From contig MFUZ01000006.1 in NCBI GenBank assembly GCA_001785865.1, forward strand, positions 242,315 through 306,314: 64,000 nucleotides of DNA. The letters are read 5' to 3'. Positions within the stretch are counted from its first letter, which is position 1, and each line of letters opens with the position of its first letter. The notes beneath the pieces were generated by a model. It saw nothing but the letters and a program-made list of their open reading frames with translations. It was not told the DNA's origin and did not search any database. Made by a program: the position numbers and the translations under genes. Positions 1 to 8,961 of this stretch are shown here, piece by piece. Origin of the DNA: Candidatus Nomurabacteria bacterium RIFCSPLOWO2_01_FULL_41_18. Its GTDB lineage: Bacteria; Patescibacteriota; Minisyncoccia; Phycocordibacterales; UBA9973.

Positions 1-673
1 TGAAATAATCGGCGAGACACTCGATGACGCAGTGGGCGAGGCGTTCGACAAAGTAGCTCGGATGCTCGATCTCCCCTATCCCGGCGGTCCACAGATCTCA
101 AAATTGGCAGAAGAACTTAGGGCAAAAGAAGAACAATATTTTCGGGGACTCCGCAGGACGGCCGGTCCTAGGACTGAGCAGATTTTCCTGCAGGAAAATC
201 GCGACCCCGAAAAAATTAGTTCTTCTTTTGCCCTACCTCGTCCTATGCTGTACAGTAAAAATTTTGATTTTTCTTTTTCTGGATTAAAAACTGCTGTTCT
301 ATATTTGATTAGAGATTTAGGCGGTATCGATAAACTTGACCAAATTACAAAAACAAAGATCGCCTTAGAGTTCGAAAATTCCGCTATTGAGTGCTTAATT
401 CACAAGACTAAAAAAGCAGTAGAAAAATACGGGGCAAAAACGCTGATAGTCGCTGGTGGTGTGGCTTGCAATATACATCTGCAAAGAGAGATGTCCGCCC
501 TAGGCGGATCCGCCTCGGGCGGAAAGAAAATCAAGATTTTGTTCCCTTCAAAAGGACTTGCTGGCGATAATTCTCTAATGATCGGCATTGCCGGATACTT
601 AAATTATATAAAAAATAAGAAAAAAGTCCCAAAATTAAATAGTATAAAAGCTACTGGCAATTTAAGGCTTTAA
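1..673 (+). CDS. tsaD: tRNA N6-adenosine threonylcarbamoyltransferase TsaD (Kae1/Gcp family), 5'-truncated by window edge
   Basis: Frame continues from base 1 (EIIGETLDDAVGEAFDKVARMLDLPYPGGPQISKLA...FALPRPMLYSKNFDFSFSGLKTAV...IVAGGVACN), matching the TsaD C-terminal half; contains an extra GC-rich segment relative to orthologs. Confidence 0.8.
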   Translation, partial: EIIGETLDDAVGEAFDKVARMLDLPYPGGPQISKLAEELRAKEEQYFRGLRRTAGPRTEQIFLQENRDPEKISSSFALPRPMLYSKNFDFSFSGLKTAVLYLIRDLGGIDKLDQITKTKIALEFENSAIECLIHKTKKAVEKYGAKTLIVAGGVACNIHLQREMSALGGSASGGKKIKILFPSKGLAGDNSLMIGIAGYLNYIKNKKKVPKLNSIKATGNLRL

Positions 674-693
674 TATGATATTATTGAGGAAGT

Positions 694-2877
694 ATGAGCG
701 TAAACGAGAAATTACTGAAACCCTATAATTCAAAAGAAACAGAAGATAGAATTTACAAACTATGGGAAGATAGTGGTTTTTTTAATCCAGACAAGAATAT
801 AGACCAAAATGCAAAGCCTTTCACAATTATAATGCCTCCAACCAACGCAAACGGATCATTGCACGCCGGACATGGCTTGGTGATGACTATAGAAGATATT
901 ATGGTGCGTTACAAAAGAATGCGGGGATTTAAGACCCTATGGCTCCCTGGCCTCGATCATGCCGGATTTGAAACACAGGTAGTCTACGAAAAAAAGTTAG
1001 AAAAAGAAGGGCGAACCAGATTTGAAATTGAACCAAAAAAACTATATGAAGAAATTCTTGATTTTACTCTCACTAATTCAAAAAATATAAAATCTCAAGC
1101 GCGAAAAATGGGAGCTTCTTGCGATTGGTCTCGTGAAAAATTCACACTGGACCCGGATATCGTAAAAATAGTCTACCAGACATTTAAGAAACTATCTGAT
1201 GACAATTTAGTATACAGAGGAAACAGGATAGTCAGCTGGTGTCCAAAACATCAAACATCTTTTTCTGATTTAGAAATATTAGACGAAGAGCGAACAGATA
1301 ATTTTTATTACTTGAAGTATGGGCCGTTTGTCATAGGCACTGCCCGACCGGAGACAAAATTCGGTGATAAATATGTAGTAATGCACCCAGACGATAAACG
1401 TTACAAAGAATACACAAACGATCAAAAGATAAAACTAGAATGGATAAATGGCCCCATTGAAGCCACTGTTATAAAAGATAAAGCTATTGATATGGAATTT
1501 GGAACAGGTGTTATGACAATCACTCCTTGGCACGATAATGCAGACTTTGATATTGCAGAAAGGCATAAACTGGATAAAGAACAGATCATCGATGAGAACG
1601 GCAAACTGCTTCCGATTGCCGGCGAATTTGCCGGACAACACATTAAAAAAGCTAGAGCACTGATTGTCGAAAAATTGCAGAAAAAGGGGTTAGTAGAGAA
1701 AATAGATGAAAAATACAAACACGTTGTTCGAACTTGTTATAAATGCGGAACAACCATCGAACCGCAAATAAAAAGCCAGTGGTTCATAAAAATGAAACCC
1801 CTAGCCGAAAAAGCTTTGGAAAAAATAGAAGACGGAGAAATCACTTATATTCCTGAACATTATAAAAAAATCACTACCCATTGGCTCAATAATATTATCG
1901 ATTGGAACATTTCGAGGCAAATTGTTTGGGGCATTCCCATACCAGCAAAAATATGCACAAAATGCGGGTCTGGTATGGTTGATTTGGAAAATAAAATAAA
2001 AAAGTGCACCTCTTGCGGTGGTGAAGTCATGCAAGATAAAGACACTTTTGATACTTGGTTTTCTTCAGGACAATGGCCTTTTGCGACGCTCGGCTATCCT
2101 GACAAAAATGATTTCAAAACATTTTATCCCACCGATGTCATGGAGACAGCCGGAGAAATTATATTTTTCTGGGTTTCCAGAATGATCATGCTCGGTTTGT
2201 ATGTTACCGGAGAAGTTCCTTTTAAAAATGTATACCTGCATGGTTTAGTTTTGGACGCCAAAGGATTAAAAATGAGTAAAAGTAAAGGAAATGTCATAGA
2301 CCCGCTCTCACTCACGGAAAAATACGGCACGGATGCATTCAGGATAGGATTGGTGATCGGCAATACACCCGGCACCTCGCTTGCATTAGCCGAAGAAAGA
2401 ATTAGGGGTTACGGAAAATTTGCAAATAAAATCTGGAATGCTACAAGATTTGTGCTAGAAAACACTCAGGATTACGAGGATGACAAAATAGAAATAAAAT
2501 ATGATGAAGAAGACGAAAAATCAGATGCGGAACTAAAAAAATTAATAACAGAAATTACGAAAGAAATGGATAACTATAAATTTTACATCGTTGCCGAAAA
2601 ACTTTATCACTATTTTTGGCACACTTTTGCTGATATAATAATAGAAAGATCAAAAAAGAAAATTATTGAAGGGAAAAATGCTGAATCGGCAAAAATGTTG
2701 CTTCGCACACAGCTGACTACCCTGCTCAAAGCGTTACACCCATTTATACCTTTTGTCACAGAAGAAATATGGGGAATGATACCTACCCGAAATACTACAC
2801 ATAACGTTGTAGGTATATCTGATCGTAAAAATCTGTTAATGATCGAAAAATGGCCCTATGACCGGGTCGACAAATAA
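694..2877 (+). CDS. valS: valine--tRNA ligase (class I aaRS, short form lacking C-terminal coiled-coil)
   Basis: HIGH-like PPTNANGSLHAGHG, WLPGLDHAGFETQ, VSWCPKHQTSFSDLEI, KMSKSKGN motifs; 727 aa. Confidence 0.8.
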   Translation: MSVNEKLLKPYNSKETEDRIYKLWEDSGFFNPDKNIDQNAKPFTIIMPPTNANGSLHAGHGLVMTIEDIMVRYKRMRGFKTLWLPGLDHAGFETQVVYEKKLEKEGRTRFEIEPKKLYEEILDFTLTNSKNIKSQARKMGASCDWSREKFTLDPDIVKIVYQTFKKLSDDNLVYRGNRIVSWCPKHQTSFSDLEILDEERTDNFYYLKYGPFVIGTARPETKFGDKYVVMHPDDKRYKEYTNDQKIKLEWINGPIEATVIKDKAIDMEFGTGVMTITPWHDNADFDIAERHKLDKEQIIDENGKLLPIAGEFAGQHIKKARALIVEKLQKKGLVEKIDEKYKHVVRTCYKCGTTIEPQIKSQWFIKMKPLAEKALEKIEDGEITYIPEHYKKITTHWLNNIIDWNISRQIVWGIPIPAKICTKCGSGMVDLENKIKKCTSCGGEVMQDKDTFDTWFSSGQWPFATLGYPDKNDFKTFYPTDVMETAGEIIFFWVSRMIMLGLYVTGEVPFKNVYLHGLVLDAKGLKMSKSKGNVIDPLSLTEKYGTDAFRIGLVIGNTPGTSLALAEERIRGYGKFANKIWNATRFVLENTQDYEDDKIEIKYDEEDEKSDAELKKLITEITKEMDNYKFYIVAEKLYHYFWHTFADIIIERSKKKIIEGKNAESAKMLLRTQLTTLLKALHPFIPFVTEEIWGMIPTRNTTHNVVGISDRKNLLMIEKWPYDRVDK

Positions 2878-2879
2878 AC

Positions 2880-3596
2880 ATGCTAACCAACGATCCAAAA
2901 ATTTTAGCAATAGCGTTCTTGGGAGGAATCATTCCTTCTCTTTTATGGCTGTGGTTCTGGATCAGGGAGGAACAGAAAAAAGCCGAACCCAAAGGAATCC
3001 TCGCCATGGTCTTCATCATGGGCATGCTATCAGTGGTCTTGGTCCTGCCGATCCAAGAATTCATCCAGTCGAATATCGACGGAGCGAGAGAGCGCCTCAT
3101 ACTCTGGGCAACTGCAGAAGAGATAATCAAATATCTGGCCGTAGTCATCATCCTTTTCAGGACCAGGTACATCGATGAGCCTATTGATTGGCCTATCTAT
3201 CTCATTACCGCCGCCTTGGGCTTCGCAGCCTTCGAAAACGCCCTATTTCTACAGAGATCGCTCACTCTCGACCAGACGACAGTCGGCCTTTTTACCGCAG
3301 CCTCTATAGGCCAGCTTCGATTTCTAGGCTCTACCCTTCTCCATGCTGTTTCAAGCGGAATGCTGGGCATAGCGCTCGGAATCTCACTTCATCTTTCTTT
3401 CTTTAAAAAGAAATCCTACCTTGCTGTCGGCCTTGTGCTCGCTATCGCCTTGCATAGTGTCTTTAATTTTTTTATAATAAAGATCAGAGTCAATGAAGTA
3501 AATTACTTTTTAGAAGTATTGAAAGTTTTCAGTTTCTTGTGGGTCGTCACTATTATTATCATGCTACTTTTTGAGAAAGTAAGAAGAATGACTTAA
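2880..3596 (+). CDS. PrsW-family intramembrane protease-like membrane protein
   Basis: Multi-TM; EExxK (TAEEIIKYL), FxxxE (AAFENALF) and conserved His motifs typical of PrsW family. Confidence 0.5.
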   Translation: MLTNDPKILAIAFLGGIIPSLLWLWFWIREEQKKAEPKGILAMVFIMGMLSVVLVLPIQEFIQSNIDGARERLILWATAEEIIKYLAVVIILFRTRYIDEPIDWPIYLITAALGFAAFENALFLQRSLTLDQTTVGLFTAASIGQLRFLGSTLLHAVSSGMLGIALGISLHLSFFKKKSYLAVGLVLAIALHSVFNFFIIKIRVNEVNYFLEVLKVFSFLWVVTIIIMLLFEKVRRMT

Positions 3597-3603
3597 AAAA
3601 TTT

Positions 3604-4086
3604 ATGGATAAAAAAAGAAGTTTTTGGGAAAGAATAACGGGAGGGATTCATGTCGAAGAGGAGGAATACGAAGAACCGAAGAAGAATTCAGTCGGCGGAG
3701 GCACGGGAAGCAAGAAAGATAAAAAAGGCAACGAATGGATCGAGGAAGAGAATGAGGAAGCGGAGCTCGCCGTGGATATTTATCAGACTCCGACCGACAT
3801 CATCATACAAACCTTCGTAGCCGGAGTAAAGCCGGACGACCTAGAACTGTCTATTGCGAGAGACATAGTGACCATAGTCGGAGCACGCGAGGAAAACCGA
3901 AACATAGACGAGGAAAATTATTTTACCAAGGAGCTCTATTGGGGAAGATTTTCCCGCACTATATCCCTACCCGTGGAAATTGAACCAGAAGAAGTCGAAG
4001 CCACAGAAAAACACGGCCTCCTCACTATCCGCCTGCAAAAAGTAGATAAAGAAAAGACCAATACTATCAAAGTCCGATCTATCTAG
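3604..4086 (+). CDS. Hsp20/alpha-crystallin family small heat shock protein
   Basis: Alpha-crystallin domain pattern (DIYQTP...ELSIARD..GLLTIRLQK) with acidic N-terminal extension. Confidence 0.8.
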   Translation: MDKKRSFWERITGGIHVEEEEYEEPKKNSVGGGTGSKKDKKGNEWIEEENEEAELAVDIYQTPTDIIIQTFVAGVKPDDLELSIARDIVTIVGAREENRNIDEENYFTKELYWGRFSRTISLPVEIEPEEVEATEKHGLLTIRLQKVDKEKTNTIKVRSI

Positions 4087-4221
4087 TAAAAGATTTCTTT
4101 TCTTTCTTTTTCTGTGCTTATGTGAGCCACAATAATTCGTTTTTCGTTAAAAACGAATTTTCCAGCCCCGGACTCAGTTGTTTTTCTTGCTAGAAAAACA
4201 TGCTTCCGTCGGCACAAAGCA

Positions 4222-4253
4222 CAGAAAAAGAGCACAGCAGTGTGCTCTTTTTC
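4222..4253. terminator. bidirectional intrinsic terminator hairpin (agagcaca-gcag-tgtgctct flanked by A-run and T-run), nested in larger inverted repeat ggcacaaagcac/gtgctttgtgcc
   Basis: Perfect 8-bp stem with A5 upstream and T5 downstream, between hsp20 3' end and tRNA-Phe 3' end. Confidence 0.55.
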
Positions 4254-4267
4254 ATGTAAGTGCTTTG

Positions 4268-4340
4268 TGCCGAGGACCAGAATCGAACTGGTGACCTATC
4301 CCTCTTCAGGGGAGCGCTCTACCAACTGAGCTACCTCGGC
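4268..4340 (-). tRNA. tRNA-Phe (anticodon GAA)
   Basis: Cloverleaf: GCCGAGG acceptor, GCTC/GAGC D-stem, anticodon loop CTGAAGA, TTCGATT T-loop; no encoded CCA. Confidence 0.85.
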
Positions 4341-4358
4341 ATATTTTTTCTCTTTAAA

Positions 4359-4601
4359 CTAGTCGCCAAGCTTTAAATTATTCAATGTCTCGCTTGCTCC
4401 GGCATATATCGATTTCAGCTGATCTACATATGGCTGAAGAAGATAAAAAGCGCCTATCGCAGAACCGATAATGAATATCCAATATACTGCCCTGGTAATG
4501 CTCGCAATACGCATGGAACGCTTCATAGAATGTAGTATCTTATTGTTCTCTTCCGAGAGACTGACACTCTTATTCAAAAGCTCCCTTTCTTCTGGCGACA
4601 T
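4359..4601 (-). CDS. hypothetical small membrane protein (80 aa, one TM)
   Basis: ORF between two tRNA genes; hydrophobic segment AVYWIFIIGSAIGAFYLL; no recognisable family. Confidence 0.4.
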   Translation of the reverse strand: MSPEERELLNKSVSLSEENNKILHSMKRSMRIASITRAVYWIFIIGSAIGAFYLLQPYVDQLKSIYAGASETLNNLKLGD

Positions 4602-4641
4602 AGATAAATACTAGCAAAAATAGATATAAAAATCAAAAACT

Positions 4642-4716
4642 TGGTGCCCTCGGCCAGAATCGAACTGACATCAAATTCTTAGGAGAAATTTGTTCTATCC
4701 ATTGAACTACGAGGGC
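4642..4716 (-). tRNA. tRNA-Arg (anticodon CCT)
   Basis: GCCCTCG acceptor paired with CGAGGGC, anticodon loop CTCCTAA, TTCGATT T-loop, encoded CCA. Confidence 0.7.
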
Positions 4717-4743
4717 ATAGGACAATAGTATATTATTGATGAA

Positions 4744-4989
4744 TTAAAGTCCAAGTAACCTAGCTATCTTTGGCTTATCGTAACCCACAGTAAGCTCATC
4801 GCCTATGATGATGACCGGCACACCCATTTGCCCGCTTTTTGTCACCATTTCCTTTCTTTTTTCAAGGTCGCTCGCCACATTGTATTCCGTAAAAGAGATA
4901 TTTTTCTCTCGGAAAAAGTCTTTTGCCATATGGCAAAAGTGGCAGGTGGGGGTTGAATAAATTTGTACTGTTGGTTTTGTATCAGTCAT
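4744..4989 (-). CDS. glutaredoxin-like protein (thioredoxin fold, NrdH/Grx family)
   Basis: 81 aa with CHFC active-site motif (TPTCHFCHMAK) and GVPVIIIGDELTVGYD tail typical of glutaredoxins. Confidence 0.7.
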   Translation of the reverse strand: MTDTKPTVQIYSTPTCHFCHMAKDFFREKNISFTEYNVASDLEKRKEMVTKSGQMGVPVIIIGDELTVGYDKPKIARLLGL

Positions 4990-5110
4990 AAAATTCTTTG
5001 TATTATTTTCTAATATTCTAATTATATAACTAAATATAATATAATAGGTTCTCTCGGTCAGAATATCAATAAAAATTGCTATTCCTCCCTCTTTGCCTAT
5101 TATAGCATGC

Positions 5111-5139
5111 TTGTCAAGTAAACATAAAAAAGATATATT
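5111..5139 (+). promoter_or_regulatory. sigma70-like promoter for tRNA-Gly (TTGTCA-17bp-TATATT)
   Basis: -35 TTGTCA 5111-5116, 17-bp spacer, -10 TATATT 5134-5139, ~10 nt upstream of tRNA 5' end. Confidence 0.45.
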
Positions 5140-5148
5140 CTAACTGTT

Positions 5149-5219
5149 GCGGGATTAGTTTAGTGGTAAAATGAGTCCTTCCCAAGGATTAGACGCGAGT
5201 TCGATTCTCGCATCCCGCA
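5149..5219 (+). tRNA. tRNA-Gly (anticodon CCC)
   Basis: GCGGGAT acceptor / ATCCCGC, anticodon loop TTCCCAA, TTCGATT T-loop; no encoded CCA. Confidence 0.8.
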
Positions 5220-5223
5220 CATT

Positions 5224-7635
5224 TTAACTCTTCTTCTCGTGCTCTCCGATCGCCATGATGATTTTGATGACCGTGTCGGGATTGAGCGACATGCTGTCTA
5301 TCCCCTCCGACACTAGAAATTGTGCAAATTCCGGATAGTCGGACGGCGCTTGTCCGCAGATTCCGATATCCTTTCCCTTCTCTTTGCACTTACGGACTAT
5401 CTGCGACACCAATTTTTTCACTGCGGGATTATTTTCATTGGCTATATGAGTCACTATACCCGAATCGCGATCAAGACCCAGCGTAAGCTGAGTGAGGTCG
5501 TTCGAGCCGATTGACATACCGTCAAAAATGTCTAGAAATTCATCCGCCAAAAAGACATTCGAAGGGATCTCACACATCACGAATATTTTGAGCTTCTCAT
5601 CTTTTTTGCGATCGAGACCATGGACAGCCATGATTTCTACCACCTTCTGTCCTTCTTCCGGCGTCCTACAGAATGGGATCATGGGGACTACATTGGAAAG
5701 ACCCATGTCTTCCCGTACGCGCTTCATGGCGATACATTCCAAGCTGAAAGCATCTTTGAATTCAGGATCATAATAGCGCGATGCCCCACGCCAGCCGATC
5801 ATCGGGTTCTCTTCATGAGGTTCGTACAGATACCCGCCCAAGAGGGTGCGGTATTCATTGGTTTTGAAATCAGAAAAGCGGATTACTACTTCCTTTGGAT
5901 AAAACGTCGCCGCTATTTTTGCGATGCCTAAGGCGAGATTGTCGACATAGAATTGGGACTTGTCTTTGTAGAGAGGCGTGAGTTCGTCTATTCTCTTGAG
6001 CACCTTCTTTAATTCGGGAGTCTGCTTGCCAGCCTTTAATTTCTTATAGTCGATCAGGACATTCGGGTGCACACCGATATGATTCGCAATGATGAATTCG
6101 AGCCTGCCGAGCCCTACCCCTTCCGCAGGTAGATTGTGATTTTTGAACGCCTCGTCCGGAGAACCGATGTTCACCATTATCTTTGTATTTATTTTAGGAA
6201 TTTTATTCAAATGATGTTCGATTATTTGAAACGGCAAAATTCCTTCGTAAACGTTGCCAACATTGCCGGAAGAGCAATCTACGGTTATATTTTGGCCATT
6301 TTTGAGGATCTTGGTGGCATTGCCGGAGCCGACAATGCAGGGAATTCCGAGCTCCCGCGACACTATCGCCGCATGCGAAGTACGCCCGCCCTCATCCGTC
6401 ACGATGGCGCTCGCGATCTTCATGATAGGTTCCCAGTCCGGATCAGTGATCTTGGTTACGAGCACTTCCCCTTTCTTGAAGGCATTGATATTTTTTGCAT
6501 TGCTAAGGACGCGCACTTTGCCCGCGCCTATCTTGGATCCGACAGCGATACCTTTCACTCGCACATGTCCGGATTCTTTCAACTTATATTCTTTGAGCAC
6601 ATTCTTGTCTATCGCGGAAGCGACAGTCTCTGGGCGAGCTTGCACGATGAATAATTCGCCGGTCTTGCCGTCCTTGGCCCATTCGATATCCATTGGCTGA
6701 TAACGATCGTGCTTTTGTGAAAAATATTTTTCAATTTGCAGGCACCACTTCGCGAGCTTTACCACTTCAAGGTCAGTAAGACAGAATTTCTGCTGTTCAG
6801 AGGGAGCGACCTTATCTTCCTTGGTTCCATCCTTCCCATAGACGAGCTGGATGTTCTTATTGCCAAGATTCTTGGTGATGATAGGATACGGACTGCCATT
6901 CTCCAATGTCGGCTTAAAAACTATGAACTCGTCAGGGACGACTTTACCCTGCACGATGAACTCGCCCAATCCATAAATTCCATTTATTAAAATTATCTTA
7001 TCAAATCCCGTTTCGGTATCAATGGTAAAAGCCACCCCGGACGAAGACAAGTCGGAGCGCACCATACACTGGACGCCAACCGAAAGTGCCACATCAAAAT
7101 GAGAGAATCCTTTATCCGTACGGTAAGATATGGCTCTGTCTGTGAAAAGCGAAGCGATGCACTTTTTGGTCGCAGTAAGGACATTTTCAATGCCTTGAAT
7201 ATTCAAATATGTCTCTTGTTGACCGGCAAAAGAAGCTCCAGGCAGATCCTCCGCCGTAGCAGAAGAACGCACTGCGACCGCCAGATTATTTCCGTATTTT
7301 TTACCGAGATCTTCGTAAGATGTTGCGATTATGTCTTTGAGGTCTTGCGGAAGAGTCTCCTTCAGTATGGCTTCGCGGACTTTTTTACCCCGGACCTGCA
7401 GATTGCGCAGATCCTTTGTGTTTAAATCAGACAATATTCCTTTTATCTTTTCGTCCAGGCCAGTATTTTTAAAAAAATGGCGATAGGCATCCGCGGTGAG
7501 CGCGAATCCATCCGGTATGTTTACGCCGAGTGGCACCAAATTCGAATACATCTCTCCAAGAGCAGCATTCTTGCCGCCGACACTTCCAATATCACCGATA
7601 CCCACCTCGCTATACCACTTCACAAAATTTTCCAT
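5224..7635 (-). CDS. ppsA: phosphoenolpyruvate synthase (pyruvate, water dikinase)
   Basis: 803 aa; N-term WYSEVGIGDIGSVGGKNAALGEM, phosphohistidine domain GGRTSHAAIVSRELGIP, C-terminal PEP-utilizing TIM barrel. Confidence 0.85.
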   Translation of the reverse strand: MENFVKWYSEVGIGDIGSVGGKNAALGEMYSNLVPLGVNIPDGFALTADAYRHFFKNTGLDEKIKGILSDLNTKDLRNLQVRGKKVREAILKETLPQDLKDIIATSYEDLGKKYGNNLAVAVRSSATAEDLPGASFAGQQETYLNIQGIENVLTATKKCIASLFTDRAISYRTDKGFSHFDVALSVGVQCMVRSDLSSSGVAFTIDTETGFDKIILINGIYGLGEFIVQGKVVPDEFIVFKPTLENGSPYPIITKNLGNKNIQLVYGKDGTKEDKVAPSEQQKFCLTDLEVVKLAKWCLQIEKYFSQKHDRYQPMDIEWAKDGKTGELFIVQARPETVASAIDKNVLKEYKLKESGHVRVKGIAVGSKIGAGKVRVLSNAKNINAFKKGEVLVTKITDPDWEPIMKIASAIVTDEGGRTSHAAIVSRELGIPCIVGSGNATKILKNGQNITVDCSSGNVGNVYEGILPFQIIEHHLNKIPKINTKIMVNIGSPDEAFKNHNLPAEGVGLGRLEFIIANHIGVHPNVLIDYKKLKAGKQTPELKKVLKRIDELTPLYKDKSQFYVDNLALGIAKIAATFYPKEVVIRFSDFKTNEYRTLLGGYLYEPHEENPMIGWRGASRYYDPEFKDAFSLECIAMKRVREDMGLSNVVPMIPFCRTPEEGQKVVEIMAVHGLDRKKDEKLKIFVMCEIPSNVFLADEFLDIFDGMSIGSNDLTQLTLGLDRDSGIVTHIANENNPAVKKLVSQIVRKCKEKGKDIGICGQAPSDYPEFAQFLVSEGIDSMSLNPDTVIKIIMAIGEHEKKS

Positions 7636-7667
7636 AATATCTATATATTATAGCACATTAATAATAG

Positions 7668-8918
7668 TTACTTGCCCGATATCTTGACGAGCCTGTCGTA
7701 TTTCACTTTTCTTTCAGGTTTAAGCGGAGCACCGGACTTCAAGCCAAAACATCCGAACGCAAAAGCAAGATCCGCGATAAAATCATCATTTGTTTCTTCT
7801 CCCCTGTGGCTCACGATGAGTTCGATGCCCCCCTCCCTCGCCACTTTCATCACCTCCAGAGTTTCAGACAGAGTCCCGATTTGGTTCGGCTTGATGATCA
7901 TGGCATTGATGCTTCTCATTTCAATCGCTTTTTTTAAGCGAAGCACATTGGTAACCGTCAGATCATCTCCAACCACTTTCAAGCGGCTGTGATTCCGACC
8001 AAGTGTGCCAAAACTTTCAAAATCTTCCTCATTGAATGGATCTTCGATAGATAATAAATTAAATTCAGCAATTAAAGAATCGTAAATTTTCATCAATTCT
8101 TCTTTTGAAATATTTTTACCATCAACTTGATAAACACCATTCCCGTAAAAAGAAGATGCAGCCACATCCAGAGCAAAACGCACTTTGCCTTCTAGATTAT
8201 TTCGCCCTACGGCCTCGGTGAGATACATAAGCGGTTTTCGAATATCGCTTACTTCTGGCGCAAAACCTCCCTCATCGCCTAAAACCACTGATTCTTTCCC
8301 TAAATCATTCTTAATTATATCCTCGAGAGATGCCTGCACTTTTATCCCGATATCAATAGCTTCATTTATATCATCCGTCTGGGGTATGACATGATATTCC
8401 TGAAAGGCGAGCCCACTCTTCGTATGTCTGCCTCCTTCGAGCAGATTCATAAAAAGATATGGGGTCTTTCGCGATGGCTTGATCTCGACGAGAGTTCCTA
8501 GATATTGATACACTTCTTGGTCTGTCGCCTTTGCGGCAGCTTTAGCGCAAGCTATCGAGACTCCGATCATAGAATTGCCGCCGAGATTGTCTTTATTGGG
8601 AGTGCCGTCCAACTCGATTATTATTCTATCAATTTCTTTTTGATTTAAAACATTCTGGTTAACCAATCGAGGGGCGATCACGGTATTTACCTTTTCTATG
8701 GCATCTTTTACGCCGAGGCCGTCCTTATCCCTTAATTCATGCGCCTCGTGGCTGCCGGTGCTCGCTCCGGAAGGAACCGAAAACGTGCCGGAAGCAGCCC
8801 CCGCCCCCGCCAGAGGCGGGCAGGCAAACACTGTGACTTCAATGGTAGGGTTTCCGTGCGAATCTTTTATTTCTTTAGCTAAAATTTTAGTAATAGGAAA
8901 ATTTGTTAATTCCGCCAT
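7668..8918 (-). CDS. eno: enolase (phosphopyruvate hydratase)
   Basis: GNPTIEV, SGASTGSHEAHELRD, SHRGEETNDDFIADLAFA motifs; small GC hairpin insert near N-terminus. Confidence 0.9.
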   Translation of the reverse strand: MAELTNFPITKILAKEIKDSHGNPTIEVTVFACPPLAGAGAASGTFSVPSGASTGSHEAHELRDKDGLGVKDAIEKVNTVIAPRLVNQNVLNQKEIDRIIIELDGTPNKDNLGGNSMIGVSIACAKAAAKATDQEVYQYLGTLVEIKPSRKTPYLFMNLLEGGRHTKSGLAFQEYHVIPQTDDINEAIDIGIKVQASLEDIIKNDLGKESVVLGDEGGFAPEVSDIRKPLMYLTEAVGRNNLEGKVRFALDVAASSFYGNGVYQVDGKNISKEELMKIYDSLIAEFNLLSIEDPFNEEDFESFGTLGRNHSRLKVVGDDLTVTNVLRLKKAIEMRSINAMIIKPNQIGTLSETLEVMKVAREGGIELIVSHRGEETNDDFIADLAFAFGCFGLKSGAPLKPERKVKYDRLVKISGK

Positions 8919-8961
8919 ATTACTTTTAATTTTAGCATATTTTTGCTATCATACGAAATAA

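Noticed and set aside
1422-2375. Several 60-100 aa ORFs on the minus strand inside valS (and analogous antisense ORFs inside ppsA, eno, lepA, the giant protein, leuS, dnaE etc.)
   Set aside because: They are shadow ORFs antisense to long, clearly homologous genes. The reverse-translated sequence is low-complexity and they have no independent start/RBS context.
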